Below are positions 34,872 to 45,099 of a stretch of 64,000 bases of DNA, one piece after another. The stretch comes from Alphaproteobacteria bacterium UBA6324. Lineage in GTDB: Bacteria; Pseudomonadota; Alphaproteobacteria; CAAGCB01; CAG-977. Every line of letters starts with the position of its first letter. The stretch's first letter is position 1. The stretch is taken from NCBI GenBank assembly GCA_002439085.1, contig DJSW01000009.1, forward strand, positions 42,192-106,191. Reading direction: 5' to 3'. A program made the position numbers and the translations under genes. Under the pieces are notes generated by a model. That model did not search any database, was not told where the DNA came from, and saw nothing but the letters and a program-made list of their open reading frames with translations.

Positions 34872-35930
34872 TTATTCCGCGGCGGCGATCTGTTTTTTGA
34901 ACGTGCCGAACAGATAGTCGTTGGACGCCAGAATCGAACCGTCGTTCAAAATGACGGCGGGGTCTTCGTCGCCTTTGAACGTGCAAAGACGTCCGCCTGC
35001 TTCCTTGACGATCAGCATACCCGCGGCGATGTCCCACGGTTTGATGTCCTCTTCCCAATAACATTCAAAACGTCCGGCCGCGACATAGGCCATGTCCAGC
35101 GACGCGGCACCCATGCGGCGGACGCCGGCCGTTTTCTGCATCATCGGCATCAGCTGGCGGACGAATTTGTCCGGATTGGAATGTCCCAGATGCGGAATGC
35201 CCGTCACAACGACCGATTCGTTCAGCGTGTTGCGGTTCGACACGTGCAGACGGCACGATCCCGTCGCCGTCAACGCCCACGCGCCGCCGCCTTTTTCGGC
35301 GTAGAACAGGTCGCCCGTGATCGGGTTGAAGATCACGCCCGCGATGATTTCGCGGTCTTCCTGCAAAGCCAGAGAAATCGCGAAATGCGGAATGGCGTGC
35401 AGGAAATTGCTGGTGCCGTCCAACGGGTCGATGATCCAGCGGTGCGACGTGTCGGAACCCGCCAGCGCGCCGCTTTCCTCTTGCAGGAAACCGTAGCGGG
35501 GGCGGACTTTCAACAGGTATTCGCGCAACGTCTTTTCGGAATTCATATCCGCCGAGGACGCAAAATCGGCCGCGCCTTTTTTTGACACCTGCAGCTTTTC
35601 CAGTTCGCCGAAATCGCGCGCCAATCCGCGGCCGGCCTTTTGCACGGCCTGAATCATCACGTTCAGGTTGGCTGACAGCGACGAAATGAACCGGTCCTGA
35701 CGGGATTCGCGGTACTGTTCGACGGGATCGGGTTTTCTGGCCGGAAACGGCGTTCTTTGGATGTGCGCCGCCTCTTCGGATTTCTTTTGCAGCAAATCAA
35801 TCGCCCGATTCTTGATTTCCGTTTTCTGCGCCCGATCCTTGCGTTCGGCCGACAGCGTTTCCGCCACGGCTTTGCGAACGGTCGTCCGGCGGAATGACGG
35901 ACGGGTCGGTCTGGTTGTCGGTTTTGGCAT
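34872..35930 (-). CDS. suhB: Inositol monophosphatase family protein (SuhB-like) with an ~85-aa basic N-terminal extension.
   Basis: IMPase motifs WIIDPLDGTSNF and WDIAAG. A shorter product from the internal GTG/ATG around 35670 cannot be excluded. Confidence 0.75.
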   Translation of the reverse strand: MPKPTTRPTRPSFRRTTVRKAVAETLSAERKDRAQKTEIKNRAIDLLQKKSEEAAHIQRTPFPARKPDPVEQYRESRQDRFISSLSANLNVMIQAVQKAGRGLARDFGELEKLQVSKKGAADFASSADMNSEKTLREYLLKVRPRYGFLQEESGALAGSDTSHRWIIDPLDGTSNFLHAIPHFAISLALQEDREIIAGVIFNPITGDLFYAEKGGGAWALTATGSCRLHVSNRNTLNESVVVTGIPHLGHSNPDKFVRQLMPMMQKTAGVRRMGAASLDMAYVAAGRFECYWEEDIKPWDIAAGMLIVKEAGGRLCTFKGDEDPAVILNDGSILASNDYLFGTFKKQIAAAE

Positions 35931-35950
35931 GGCCTGAGCCTTTCAATAAA

Positions 35951-36514
35951 TTATTTCGCGCGTTCGACGTAGGTGTTGTCGATGGTGGAAACGACGATCT
36001 TGTCGCCCGTCGCGACGAACGGGGGAACGCCGATGCGCAGACCGTTGTCCAAAACGGCCGGTTTGTAGGACGAGGAAACCGTCTGGCCTTTGATCACGGG
36101 TTCGGTTTCGACGACCGTCTGGATGACTTTGGCGGGCAGTTCGACGCCGACGGGGCGGCCTTCGATGAACTGGACGACGACCTCCATATTGTCCTGCAGG
36201 TACGCCGCGCGGTCGCCCAGCATATCCTTGGGGATCGTGAACTGGTCGTAGGTGTCCACCATCATGAACGTGTAATCCGAACCGTCGGAGAACAAATACT
36301 GGCAATCGCGGTCTTCGCTCATCAGTTTTTCGACGAAATCGGCGGTACGCCAACGCTGTTCCGTTTTCACACCCGTGGCGACGTCGCGCATTTTGACCTG
36401 AATGGTCGCGTTGCCCTTTCCGGGGATGACCAGTTCGTAATCAATGACGATGCACGGTTTGCCGTTGTATTCGATGACCCAACCCGGACGGATTTGGTTA
36501 GCTTGCATTTTCAT
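35951..36514 (-). CDS. efp: Elongation factor P.
   Basis: MKMQANQIRPGWVIEYNGKPCIVID..IPGKGNA, with the conserved modifiable Lys in the PGKG loop. AAGGA SD. The 120-aa upstream extension in the track was rejected. Confidence 0.9.
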   Translation of the reverse strand: MKMQANQIRPGWVIEYNGKPCIVIDYELVIPGKGNATIQVKMRDVATGVKTEQRWRTADFVEKLMSEDRDCQYLFSDGSDYTFMMVDTYDQFTIPKDMLGDRAAYLQDNMEVVVQFIEGRPVGVELPAKVIQTVVETEPVIKGQTVSSSYKPAVLDNGLRIGVPPFVATGDKIVVSTIDNTYVERAK

Positions 36515-36623
36515 GTGTTTTTTCCTTGTATATTGAAAGAAAGACAATAAAATTTGTGCAAAACCTAACAGATTAGCGTTCTGAACGCAAGAGTTCTGCG
36601 TTAAAAAACGGGAGTATTTTTTT

Positions 36624-37673
36624 ATGAACAACGGGATTCCTTTCTGGCATCCGGCCGAATATGCCCGCCGCCTGCCTTTTTTAAAGCAACGCGCGCGCAT
36701 CATCGAAACGATTCGCGAATTTTTCATCCGCCGCGATTTTTTAGAGGTGGAAACGCCCATTCTGCAGATTTCGCCGGGGCTGGAACCGCATTTGAAAGCG
36801 TTTAAAACTGAGCTGGTCGAACCGTTCGGACAGGCCGATCGCGAAATGTACCTGCACACGTCGCCCGAATTCACGATGAAAAAGCTGTTGGCCGCCGGAT
36901 TGCCGAAAATATTTCAAATGGCGCGCGTTTTCAGAAACGAAGAGCGTTCCAAGCGTCACCACCCCGAATTCATCATGCTGGAATGGTATCGGGCGAACGC
37001 GGATTACACGGTGTTGATGGACGACACGGTCGAACTGGTGCGCGCGTGCGCGGCGGCGTGCGGCGCAAAAGTTTTGAAAGACGGCGATTTGGAGGTTGAT
37101 CCGTTCAAGGAATGGGAACGCGTTTCGATCGCGGACGCGTGCCGCAAATACGCGGGGTTCGATTTGGAATCGACTCTGCCTGCCGAACCGACGTTGGAAC
37201 CCGATCCCGCGCCGCTGGCAAAGGTGGCGGAAAAGCTGGGGATTCAGGTGTCGCCCGACGACCGTTGGGACGATATCTATTTCCGCATCGCGTTTGAAAA
37301 AATCGAACCGAATCTGGGGCGCGGCGTGCCGACGATCCTGTACGACTATCCCGTGTGCATGGCGGCCTTGTCCCGCAAAAAAACGTCGGATCCGCGCTTT
37401 GCCGAACGGTTCGAGGTCTATGTCGGTGACACCGAGCTGGGCAACGCGTTTTCCGAATTGACGGACGCGGCGGAACAGCGCCGGCGGTTTGAATACGACA
37501 TGGATTTGAAAGAAAAGCTGTACGGCGAACGCTATCCGGTGGACGACGATTTCATCAACGCCGTCGCCGCGATGCCCGAAGCGGCAGGAATCGCCGTCGG
37601 CGTCGATCGGTTGGTCATGCTGATCACGGGGGCGAAACGAATCGAAGACGCGATGTGGGCGCCGGTCGCATGA
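36624..37673 (+). CDS. epmA: EF-P--(R)-beta-lysine ligase EpmA (PoxA/GenX, truncated LysRS paralog).
   Basis: Class II aaRS core motifs. Divergently adjacent to efp. Confidence 0.8.
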   Translation: MNNGIPFWHPAEYARRLPFLKQRARIIETIREFFIRRDFLEVETPILQISPGLEPHLKAFKTELVEPFGQADREMYLHTSPEFTMKKLLAAGLPKIFQMARVFRNEERSKRHHPEFIMLEWYRANADYTVLMDDTVELVRACAAACGAKVLKDGDLEVDPFKEWERVSIADACRKYAGFDLESTLPAEPTLEPDPAPLAKVAEKLGIQVSPDDRWDDIYFRIAFEKIEPNLGRGVPTILYDYPVCMAALSRKKTSDPRFAERFEVYVGDTELGNAFSELTDAAEQRRRFEYDMDLKEKLYGERYPVDDDFINAVAAMPEAAGIAVGVDRLVMLITGAKRIEDAMWAPVA

Positions 37674-38107
37674 CGCTTTTCAAAAGGCTGTTTCGTTCCG
37701 GCGTCGGGCTGGTCGTCAAAATCACGGGATTGTCGGAGCAATTCGTTTTGTTTCTGATCATGGGCGGCGTGAACACGGCGTTTTACTACGCGCTTTATTC
37801 CCTGTTGATCTATGCCGGCCTGCATTACGCGGCGGCGGTCGGAATCGCGACCGTCTGCGGCGTCCTGTTTAATTTCCAGACGTTCGGCCGCGTCGTGTTC
37901 AAGGATTTTCAAACCCGTTTGCTGGGGCGGTTCGCAGGCGTGTACGTTGTCGTTTATCTGGCGAATGTCGCGGGGTTGAAAGCGTTGGAGCTGGCAGGAT
38001 TGGCAAACAAATACATCGCGGGCGCGGCGCTGGTGCTGCCGGTCGCTTTGCTGGGATACGTTTTGAACAAAACGTTCGTTTTCAACCGTTCAGAACCGCG
38101 ACCTTGA
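37670..38107 (+). CDS. GtrA-family small membrane protein.
   Basis: Four TM helices with a GtrA-like pattern. The ATG overlaps the epmA stop (ATGA). Confidence 0.55.
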   Translation: MTLFKRLFRSGVGLVVKITGLSEQFVLFLIMGGVNTAFYYALYSLLIYAGLHYAAAVGIATVCGVLFNFQTFGRVVFKDFQTRLLGRFAGVYVVVYLANVAGLKALELAGLANKYIAGAALVLPVALLGYVLNKTFVFNRSEPRP

Positions 38108-38564
38108 AATCGGCGGCCGGCGACGGCGCGTCAAGGTTGAAATCGACGCACGGCACGGTGAACAGTTCGCTCCACCACCGTGTCATTTCCGCGGCGTTTT
38201 CGCCGTCGAACCCGATGTAGTCCGCGCCGGATTCGCCCGCGCGCATGGCTTCGTCGCGGGTGGCGCACATGACGCCCAGCGCAATGCCGTCCGTTTTGTC
38301 GCGAATCTTTTTAATATCGGGGGAATAGGCGACCTGAACGCCGTCCGCCCCCGTTTTCAGCGCGGTTTCGATGTCGTCCTTGACGATGAAAGCGACATCC
38401 GCGCCCTGAACGGCGTCCCTGAATTTCGCGATGCCGGCCGGTGCCGCGCCCGCCGGATCAAACAGCAACGCGTCGGGGGATTCGCGTTTCGCGTTGTTGA
38501 AAGCGGCGATCAGTTTTTCAATGTTTCCGCCCGCCGGCGCGATCAGATAAAGTCCCTGTTTCAT
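38082..38564 (-). CDS. ThiE/TenI-fold (thiamine-phosphate synthase family) protein.
   Basis: N-terminal GLYLIAP...; 160 aa. Convergent 26-bp overlap with the GtrA gene. Confidence 0.45.
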   Translation of the reverse strand: MKQGLYLIAPAGGNIEKLIAAFNNAKRESPDALLFDPAGAAPAGIAKFRDAVQGADVAFIVKDDIETALKTGADGVQVAYSPDIKKIRDKTDGIALGVMCATRDEAMRAGESGADYIGFDGENAAEMTRWWSELFTVPCVDFNLDAPSPAADFKVAVLNG

Positions 38565-38616
38565 GGCGATTCCCCCGTAAAATCCGTTTGCCTTATTACG
38601 TCAGAATCCTGCGCGT

Positions 38617-39321
38617 TTGTCAACAAAGGGCAAGAACGCTGTTGCACAAAAGGCGCAACGCCTTTATTCTGGACGCAAAGTTTTTAAAACGGGGAACAAA
38701 ACGGTGAGTTTACAGTCGGAGCTGCAATCCGCCTTGGAAAATTTGGCGCAGGCGGCGCAACGGTTGGAGCAGGCGGCGGAGGTCGTCGCCGCGAAACAGC
38801 GCGAGATCGAAACCTTGCGCGGCAAATGCGGCGATTTGCAATCCGCGTTGGACCGCGCGGGACAGGATTTGGAACGCGAACACAAAAACGAATCGGATTT
38901 CGAGCGTTTGCGCGCGGAACGCGACGAGCTGATCGCCGTGCGCAACCGGTTGATCGCGGAAAAGAACCAGCTGTTGGGCGAACGCGATCAGTTCAAAAAA
39001 TTCCGCGAGGGGTGGGCGCGTGAACGTCCCGCACTGATCAAAGCCAAAGAGGACGCCGAATCCGAGGTCAAGCGTCTGCAAAACGGCGCGGAAAACGGCG
39101 GCGGCGAACGAATCGCGGCTTTGGACGGCGAATTGGCCGCCCTGCGCGCCGAACGGGACGCCCTGAACAACGAAAAACAGGCGTTGACGGAGCAGAAGGA
39201 AAGCCTGTCCATCGAACTGGACGGCGTAAGGCAGGCCTATGACGAATTGAAGCGGACGGCGGCCGAAGCGTCGGAGCGGTTGGATTCGACACTGGAAGAA
39301 TTGAGGATTTTAAGGGGTTGA
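38617..39321 (+). CDS. Coiled-coil protein encoded immediately upstream of zapA (ZauP/ZapB-like). The start is uncertain: TTG 38617 or GTG 38704.
   Basis: Almost entirely heptad repeats, e.g. LQSALENLAQAAQRLEQAAEVVAAKQREIETLRGK. It abuts zapA with a 2-nt gap. Confidence 0.55.
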   Translation: MSTKGKNAVAQKAQRLYSGRKVFKTGNKTVSLQSELQSALENLAQAAQRLEQAAEVVAAKQREIETLRGKCGDLQSALDRAGQDLEREHKNESDFERLRAERDELIAVRNRLIAEKNQLLGERDQFKKFREGWARERPALIKAKEDAESEVKRLQNGAENGGGERIAALDGELAALRAERDALNNEKQALTEQKESLSIELDGVRQAYDELKRTAAEASERLDSTLEELRILRG

Positions 39322-39323
39322 CC

Positions 39324-39647
39324 ATGGCGGACGTGCAATTATCTGTCGGCGGCAAAAAATACACCGTTTCGTGTGGTGCGGGGCAGGAGGACAGTCTGCT
39401 GTCGCTGGCCGTCATGCTGGATGAAAAGGTGAATTTCATCAGATCCAGAATGCCCGTTTCCGAATCCATGGGGCTGGTGATGGGGGCGTTGCTGCTGGCC
39501 AGCGATCTGACCGAGAAAAACCGCGATCTGGCGGCCGCGCAGGCCGAAAGCGCCGTCGCGCCGGAAGTGTTGAGCCAAAGCGTCCGGCTGATGGAAAAAG
39601 TGGCCGAACGCATTTCAGTTGTTGCCGAACGCATGGAAAATGCGTAA
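39324..39647 (+). CDS. zapA: Cell division protein ZapA.
   Basis: MADVQLSVGGKKYTVSCGAGQEDSLLSLAVMLDEKV matches the ZapA family. Confidence 0.8.
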   Translation: MADVQLSVGGKKYTVSCGAGQEDSLLSLAVMLDEKVNFIRSRMPVSESMGLVMGALLLASDLTEKNRDLAAAQAESAVAPEVLSQSVRLMEKVAERISVVAERMENA

Positions 39648-39653
39648 TCTCTT

Positions 39654-39856
39654 TGACGGGGGGACGACTTCTCGATTCGTTAGAATCCCGCTGGTACTCG
39701 GGGCCAACGTTTTTATTATCGGGAGCTGTCCCTGCGGCGGGTGACGTTCTTTTTCTAGTTCGAAGCCTTGTCCGTATTTACGGCGCCCACCTATACAAAG
39801 CGGCCCACGCGACGCGTGTGTTGGTTCGACGGTCACAGAGGTTTCCCCCCTTTTTC
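39654..39856 (+). ncRNA. ssrS: Probable 6S RNA (SsrS).
   Basis: A ~200-nt non-coding gap sits in the conserved zapA - ssrS - 5-formyltetrahydrofolate cyclo-ligase arrangement. A 5' GGGGGG (39657-39662) pairs with a 3' CCCCCC (39845-39850), closing a long imperfect duplex that is followed by ttttt. Confidence 0.55.
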
Positions 39857-39873
39857 AATTCAACGGTGACGGG

Positions 39874-40446
39874 ATGGATTACACTTTTTTAAAAAGGCGG
39901 CTGCGCACCCAAGCGGTTCACAAACGATCCGAAATCGCTTTGGATCACGCGCTGTGGTGCGCGCAAGAGGTTGCACGCCGATTCCGCGATCTTCCTTTAC
40001 CCGAAAATCCGGTCGTTTCCGCCTATTGGCCGATGAAAACGGAGCTGGATTTGCGTCCGCTGATGGCGTCGTTGTACGCCAAGGACGTGCCCGTCTGCTT
40101 GCCCGTCGTCGCCGAAAAGGACGAACCGTTGCTGTTCCGCCGGTGGGAACCCGACGCGCGGCTGGTCGCGGGGCCTTACGGCACGGAACAGCCCGATGAA
40201 AAATACGAAACCGTCGTTCCGAACGTGCTGCTGCTGCCGTTGCTGGCGTTCGACCGGACGGGCGGACGGCTGGGGTACGGCGGCGGTTTTTACGACCGCA
40301 CGGTCGCCCGATTGCGCGAAACGGGAAATCCCGTCGTCGTCGGCGCCGCGTTCGCCGAACAGGAAATCGACTCCGTCCCGTCGGAAGACACGGACGAAAA
40401 AATGAATTTCATCCTGACGCAGGATGAAATCGTAAAGGGAATGTGA
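39874..40446 (+). CDS. 5-formyltetrahydrofolate cyclo-ligase.
   Basis: GYGGGFYDR motif of the 5-FTHF cyclo-ligase family. Confidence 0.8.
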   Translation: MDYTFLKRRLRTQAVHKRSEIALDHALWCAQEVARRFRDLPLPENPVVSAYWPMKTELDLRPLMASLYAKDVPVCLPVVAEKDEPLLFRRWEPDARLVAGPYGTEQPDEKYETVVPNVLLLPLLAFDRTGGRLGYGGGFYDRTVARLRETGNPVVVGAAFAEQEIDSVPSEDTDEKMNFILTQDEIVKGM

Positions 40447-41261
40447 TGCGCATTTTATTTTTAGGGGATGTCGTCGGCAAATCCGGCCGCCGTCTGGTCG
40501 CCGACACTCTGCCCGATTTCCGCCGCCGGTACAAGGTGGACTTCGCGATCGTCAACGGCGACAACGCCGCCCACGGTTTCGGGTTGAGCCAAAGCGTCCT
40601 GCGCGAATTGCGCGCGGCGGGCGCGGATGTCGTGACATCGGGCAACCACGGTTGGGTCGCCAAGGAAATGCAACCGCTTTTGGATACGGAAAACGACCTG
40701 CTGCGTCCCGCCAACTATCCCGCCGGAACCCCCGGAAAGGGCGCGGGGCTGTACCGTCTGCCCGACGGGCGCAGGGTCGCCGTGCTGCATTTGCAGGGGC
40801 GCGTGTATATGGACGCGATCGAAAATCCGTTCACAGTCGCCAAGCAATGGACGCAGGCCGTCCGGTTGGGGCGCGATGCGCAGGCGATGATCGTTGATGT
40901 TCACGCCGAAGCGACCAGCGAAAAAATGGCGCTGGGGCAGTATTTGGACGGATCGGTCAGTCTGGTCGTCGGCACGCACACGCACATTCCGACGGCGGAC
41001 GCGCAGATTTTGCCCAAAGGGACGGCGTATCTGACCGACGCGGGGATGTGCGGATGTTTCGATTCCGTGATCGGCATGAACAAGGTTGAACCCGTGTCGC
41101 GTTTCGTCACCAACAGGGCGAGCGAGAAATACACCCCCGAAAAGGGCGACGCGACCGTGTGCGGCGTCATGGTTGACACCGACGACGCGACGGGGGCGGC
41201 TGTGAAAATTCATATGATTCGTTACGGCGGGCGTTTACAGGAATCTTTACCGCCGCTTTAA
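40443..41261 (+). CDS. YmdB-like metallophosphoesterase (TIGR00282 family).
   Basis: MRILFLGDVVGKSGRR...IVNGDNAAHGFG...SGNHGW are metallophosphoesterase motifs. Confidence 0.75.
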   Translation: MMRILFLGDVVGKSGRRLVADTLPDFRRRYKVDFAIVNGDNAAHGFGLSQSVLRELRAAGADVVTSGNHGWVAKEMQPLLDTENDLLRPANYPAGTPGKGAGLYRLPDGRRVAVLHLQGRVYMDAIENPFTVAKQWTQAVRLGRDAQAMIVDVHAEATSEKMALGQYLDGSVSLVVGTHTHIPTADAQILPKGTAYLTDAGMCGCFDSVIGMNKVEPVSRFVTNRASEKYTPEKGDATVCGVMVDTDDATGAAVKIHMIRYGGRLQESLPPL

Positions 41262-41315
41262 ATGGTGCTAAAAGGGTATCGAAAATAGTTTTAACCGCAA
41301 AGACCGAGGAGTGTC

Positions 41316-42065
41316 ATGTCTGGTCATTCACAATTTAAAAACATCATGCATCGCAAAGGCGCGCAGGACAAAATCCGCGCTCGCACGTTTTCCAAACTGG
41401 GTCGTGAAATCACGGTAGCCGCGAAATCCGGCTTGCCCGATCCGGCTTACAACCCGCGTTTGCGCGCCGCCATCGCCGCCGCCCGCGCCGAAAATATGCC
41501 CAAGGACAACATCAAACGCGCGATTGAAAAAGCCGCCGCCGGCGACGGTGCCGACTATATGGAAATCCGTTACGAAGGTTTCGGCCCCGGAAACGTCGCC
41601 GTTATCGTCGAAGCGTTGACCGACAACCCCAAACGCACCGCGCCGATCGTGCGTTCCATTTTCGGCAAAGCCGGATGCGTCATGGGCGAAACCGGTTCCG
41701 TCGCGTTCAATTTCCAGCGCGTCGGGCTGATCGAATACCCCGCCGCCGTCGCCGAAGCCGACGCGATGTTCGAAGCCGCTTTGGAAGCCGGCGCGGACGA
41801 TGTCGAATCCGACGAGGAAACACACCGCATCCTGTGCGCCCCCGACGATCTGGGCGCTGTTCGCGAAGCTTTGGAAGCCAAATTCGACACCCCGACCGTC
41901 TGCCGTTTCGATTGGAAACCGCTGGTCGAAGCCGAACTGACCGACGCCGAAGTCGCCAAGAAGTTCTTTGATTTCGTTGAAACCTTGAACGACGAGGAAG
42001 ATATCCAGCGCGTCGCGTCGAACGTTTCCGTTTCCGACGAAATCATGGCGAAACTGGAAGGCTGA
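41316..42065 (+). CDS. yebC: YebC/PmpR family DNA-binding transcriptional regulator.
   Basis: [18 protein letters not shown]... is the canonical YebC N-terminus. Confidence 0.9.
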   Translation: MSGHSQFKNIMHRKGAQDKIRARTFSKLGREITVAAKSGLPDPAYNPRLRAAIAAARAENMPKDNIKRAIEKAAAGDGADYMEIRYEGFGPGNVAVIVEALTDNPKRTAPIVRSIFGKAGCVMGETGSVAFNFQRVGLIEYPAAVAEADAMFEAALEAGADDVESDEETHRILCAPDDLGAVREALEAKFDTPTVCRFDWKPLVEAELTDAEVAKKFFDFVETLNDEEDIQRVASNVSVSDEIMAKLEG

Positions 42066-42066
42066 T

Positions 42067-42585
42067 TTGGGCAAAACCGTCAGAATTTTGGGGCTTGACC
42101 CCGGCTTGCGCCATACGGGATGGGCGGTGATCGATTCATGCGATTCCCGCCTGTCCTTTGTCGCGGCCGGCGTCGCCGATTCGACGGACGCGCTGTCTTT
42201 GGCGCAGCGTCTGGCCGAACTGCACCGACAGATCCGGACGGTCATCGCCGATTTCCAACCGGCGGAAGCGGCGATCGAACAGACTTTTGTAAACAAAAAC
42301 CCCGAATCGACTTTGAAACTGGGACAGGCGAGGGGCGCGGTTCTGCTGGCGCCCGCGATGGCGGAAATCCCCGTGTCGGAATACACGCCGAACCAAATTA
42401 AAAAGGCCGTCGTCGGCGCGGGGCACGCCGAAAAACGCCAAGTCGATATGATGGTGCATACTTTGCTGCCCGCGGCGGGAAAATTGCGCCCCGACGCGGC
42501 GGACGCTTTGGCAGCGGCAATCTGCCATTCCTATCTGCGCGTGACGGCGGAGCGGATGAAATTGTTGGCGGAGCTGGCAAAATGA
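42067..42585 (+). CDS. ruvC: Holliday junction resolvase RuvC.
   Basis: TTG start. ILGLDPGLRHTGWAV is the RuvC signature. Confidence 0.85.
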   Translation: MGKTVRILGLDPGLRHTGWAVIDSCDSRLSFVAAGVADSTDALSLAQRLAELHRQIRTVIADFQPAEAAIEQTFVNKNPESTLKLGQARGAVLLAPAMAEIPVSEYTPNQIKKAVVGAGHAEKRQVDMMVHTLLPAAGKLRPDAADALAAAICHSYLRVTAERMKLLAELAK

Positions 42586-43190
42586 TAGCAAAACTGCGCG
42601 GCGTGCTGGACAGTGTTGAGGACGGGTTCGTCATTTTGGATGTGAACGGCGTCGGATACCGTGTGTTCTGTTCGGCAAAAACGCAAATGAAAATGCCCCC
42701 GAAAGGACAGGTCGCGACCCTGTTGATCGAAACGCAGGTGCGCGAGGACGCGATTCACCTGATCGGGTTCGCGGACGCCGTTGAAAAAAGCTGGTATCTG
42801 ATGCTCAGCGGCGTGCAGGGCGTGGGGACGAAGGTCGCTTTGGCGATTTTGTCGGTTTTAAGCGCGGACGAACTGTCCATGGCGATCGCTTCGGGTGATT
42901 CAAAGGCGGTCACGCGCGCCCCCGGCGTGGGGCCGAAGCTCGCCGTCCGCATTGTCACGGAATTAAAGGGCAAGGTCGGCAAAATTTCTTTGTCCGGCGC
43001 GGACACGCCCGCGGGTGAAATCGCGCAGGCCAAAGGTTCTGCCGTTGACGACGCGGTGTCGGCTTTGGTGAATTTGGGATACGCCCGCATGGATGCCGCG
43101 ATGGCGGTGGCCAAATCGTTTAAACAACGCGGCGAATCGGCGCAGGTCGGCGATTTGATCCGCGACGCTTTGAAAGAATTCGCCCCATGA
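42582..43190 (+). CDS. ruvA: Holliday junction branch-migration protein RuvA.
   Basis: [28 protein letters not shown]. Confidence 0.9.
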   Translation: MIAKLRGVLDSVEDGFVILDVNGVGYRVFCSAKTQMKMPPKGQVATLLIETQVREDAIHLIGFADAVEKSWYLMLSGVQGVGTKVALAILSVLSADELSMAIASGDSKAVTRAPGVGPKLAVRIVTELKGKVGKISLSGADTPAGEIAQAKGSAVDDAVSALVNLGYARMDAAMAVAKSFKQRGESAQVGDLIRDALKEFAP

Positions 43191-44215
43191 CCGAAGACAG
43201 GATCATCAGCCCCGCCAAACGCAGCGGCGACGAGGATTTCGCCAATATGCGCCCGAAATCGCTGGCCGATTTCACGGGACAGCGGAGCGTTTGCGAAAAC
43301 CTGAAGGTATTTATCACGGCGGCATTGACCCGCGGCGAAGCGTTGGATCACATCCTGCTGTTCGGCCCCCCGGGATTGGGCAAAACGACGTTGGCGCAGA
43401 TCGTGGCGCACGAATTGGCGGTCGGTTTCCGCGCGACATCCGCCCCCATGATTTCCAAAGCGGGCGATCTGGCGGCGATTTTGACGAATTTGGAAAAGAA
43501 CGACGTTCTGTTCATTGACGAAATCCACCGCCTGAATCCCGCGATCGAAGAGGTTCTGTACGCCGCGATGGAGGATTTCCAGCTGGATCTGATCATCGGC
43601 GAAGGGCCCGCCGCGCGGTCGGTGCGCATTGATTTGCAGCCGTTCACCCTGATCGGGGCGACGACGCGGTCGGGGTTGCTGACCCAGCCGTTGCGCGACC
43701 GCTTCGGGATTCCCTTGCGGCTGGATTTTTACGATCCCGCCGATTTGGAAAAGATCGTGATACGCGGCGCGGGCGTGCTGAACACCGCCATTACCGCGGA
43801 CGGCGCGCGCGAAATCGCCAAACGGGCGCGGGGGACGCCGCGCGTGGCGGGGCGGCTACTGAAACGCGTGCGCGACTTTGCCGCGTTTGAGGGGAAAAAG
43901 GAAATCGACGCCGACATCGCCGACCGCGCGTTGAAACGGCTGGACGTGGACAAGCAGGGGCTGGACATGATGGATCGGCGATACCTGAACTGCATCGCGC
44001 AAAAATACGCGGGCGGACCCGTCGGCGCGGACACGTTGGCCGCCGCTTTGTCCGAAGAGCGCGACACGATTGAGGAAGTCATCGAACCCTATTTGTTGCA
44101 ACAGGGGTATTTGCAGCGCACGCCGCGCGGCCGCGTTTTGACCGCGCTGGGGTACAAGCATCTGGGATTGCAGCCGCCCGCCGGCGACGCGGCCGACCTG
44201 TTTGCAAACGCGTAA
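43187..44215 (+). CDS. ruvB: Holliday junction DNA helicase RuvB.
   Basis: Walker [12 protein letters not shown] and the RuvB family signature. Confidence 0.9.
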   Translation: MTEDRIISPAKRSGDEDFANMRPKSLADFTGQRSVCENLKVFITAALTRGEALDHILLFGPPGLGKTTLAQIVAHELAVGFRATSAPMISKAGDLAAILTNLEKNDVLFIDEIHRLNPAIEEVLYAAMEDFQLDLIIGEGPAARSVRIDLQPFTLIGATTRSGLLTQPLRDRFGIPLRLDFYDPADLEKIVIRGAGVLNTAITADGAREIAKRARGTPRVAGRLLKRVRDFAAFEGKKEIDADIADRALKRLDVDKQGLDMMDRRYLNCIAQKYAGGPVGADTLAAALSEERDTIEEVIEPYLLQQGYLQRTPRGRVLTALGYKHLGLQPPAGDAADLFANA

Positions 44216-44372
44216 AACTCTTCGCTTTTCTATTTTCCGGCAGTTTTCTCCGTCCGGCGCGAAGTGTGATTTTTGTCATTGCTGATTTTAATTCTTCCAA
44301 TTCGCATTTTTATTGAAAGACGGCACGCTTTCCTTTATACCTTTTAATTAGAAACATTAAAAGGAATAAGAA

Positions 44373-45026
44373 GTGACCTTGACCCTTTCCGCGTCCGGTC
44401 TGTCCAAGAAGGAAACGACCGAACGGCTTTTGGCAAAATATTTGCGCGGCGCCGTTCACGAAATGCACCGCGTTGACGCCGTGACGCGCCATTTCGGCAA
44501 AGAACCGAATCGCGGCGTCGAAGAACGCGCGGCCGAAAAATATATGAAACGGCATCCTTTGCGTGTCCCCGATCAAGCGGCGGCGTTGGCGTTTGTGGAT
44601 GGTGCGGAAAAACATTACGCCGCCGAAGCGAAAAAGGCGCCGCTGCACACAAAATTGCATTACGCGATCGGGCAGGTCGGCAAAGCGCGGGTCAAAGCGG
44701 CCGTCGTTTGCGGCATCGCCGCGGCGGTCGGATGCGTCGCCGTCGCGCACGGCGCGGATGTCAAGGTTGTTCCGGCCGTTGTGGCCGTCGCGGGCGGCGC
44801 GTATATGGCGGCAGATTATTTGCGGATGTCTTTTGAACCGAAAAAATACGGCGACGACGTTTTGCGTAAAAAGGAAATACTGGCGGATTACACGCGCGCG
44901 AAACAGGCTCTGTTCGTTTTAAAGCGGATGAAACAAAGCTTGAAACATCAAAAGGACGCGCCCGAACCGGCAAAGGCGACGCCCGATCTGTCGTTTCTTT
45001 TATCCAAAAAGGGGACGGCGCGGTAA
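44373..45026 (+). CDS. Hairpin-family paralog 1. Small protein with a central Gly/Ala-rich bilobed hydrophobic segment and a basic amphipathic C-terminus.
   Basis: GTG start with AAGGAA SD. Family signature: KYLRGAV...YMKRHPLRV...HYAAEAKKAPLHTKLHYAIG...hydrophobic AAVVCGIAAAVGCVAVAHG...ALFVLKRMKQSLK. Confidence 0.65.
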   Translation: MTLTLSASGLSKKETTERLLAKYLRGAVHEMHRVDAVTRHFGKEPNRGVEERAAEKYMKRHPLRVPDQAAALAFVDGAEKHYAAEAKKAPLHTKLHYAIGQVGKARVKAAVVCGIAAAVGCVAVAHGADVKVVPAVVAVAGGAYMAADYLRMSFEPKKYGDDVLRKKEILADYTRAKQALFVLKRMKQSLKHQKDAPEPAKATPDLSFLLSKKGTAR

Positions 45027-45099
45027 AAATAAAAAAACAGCTTGAAAATTGGACAAAACGGACTACACTTTTCTGACAGAGTTTCAGGAGGGTGAAGCA

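Noticed and set aside
35951-36874. 307-aa version of efp and the 502-aa version of the aminotransferase (12934..14442).
   Set aside because: The N-terminal extensions are Arg/Cys-rich junk that read through promoter regions. The internal ATGs with strong SD sites give canonical EF-P (MKMQANQIR) and AlaA (MKEFQ) N-termini.
39653-39892. 79-aa ORF in the zapA-FCL intergenic region.
   Set aside because: It overlaps the probable 6S RNA and has no RBS. Its translation is uncompelling, and conserved synteny argues for ssrS here.
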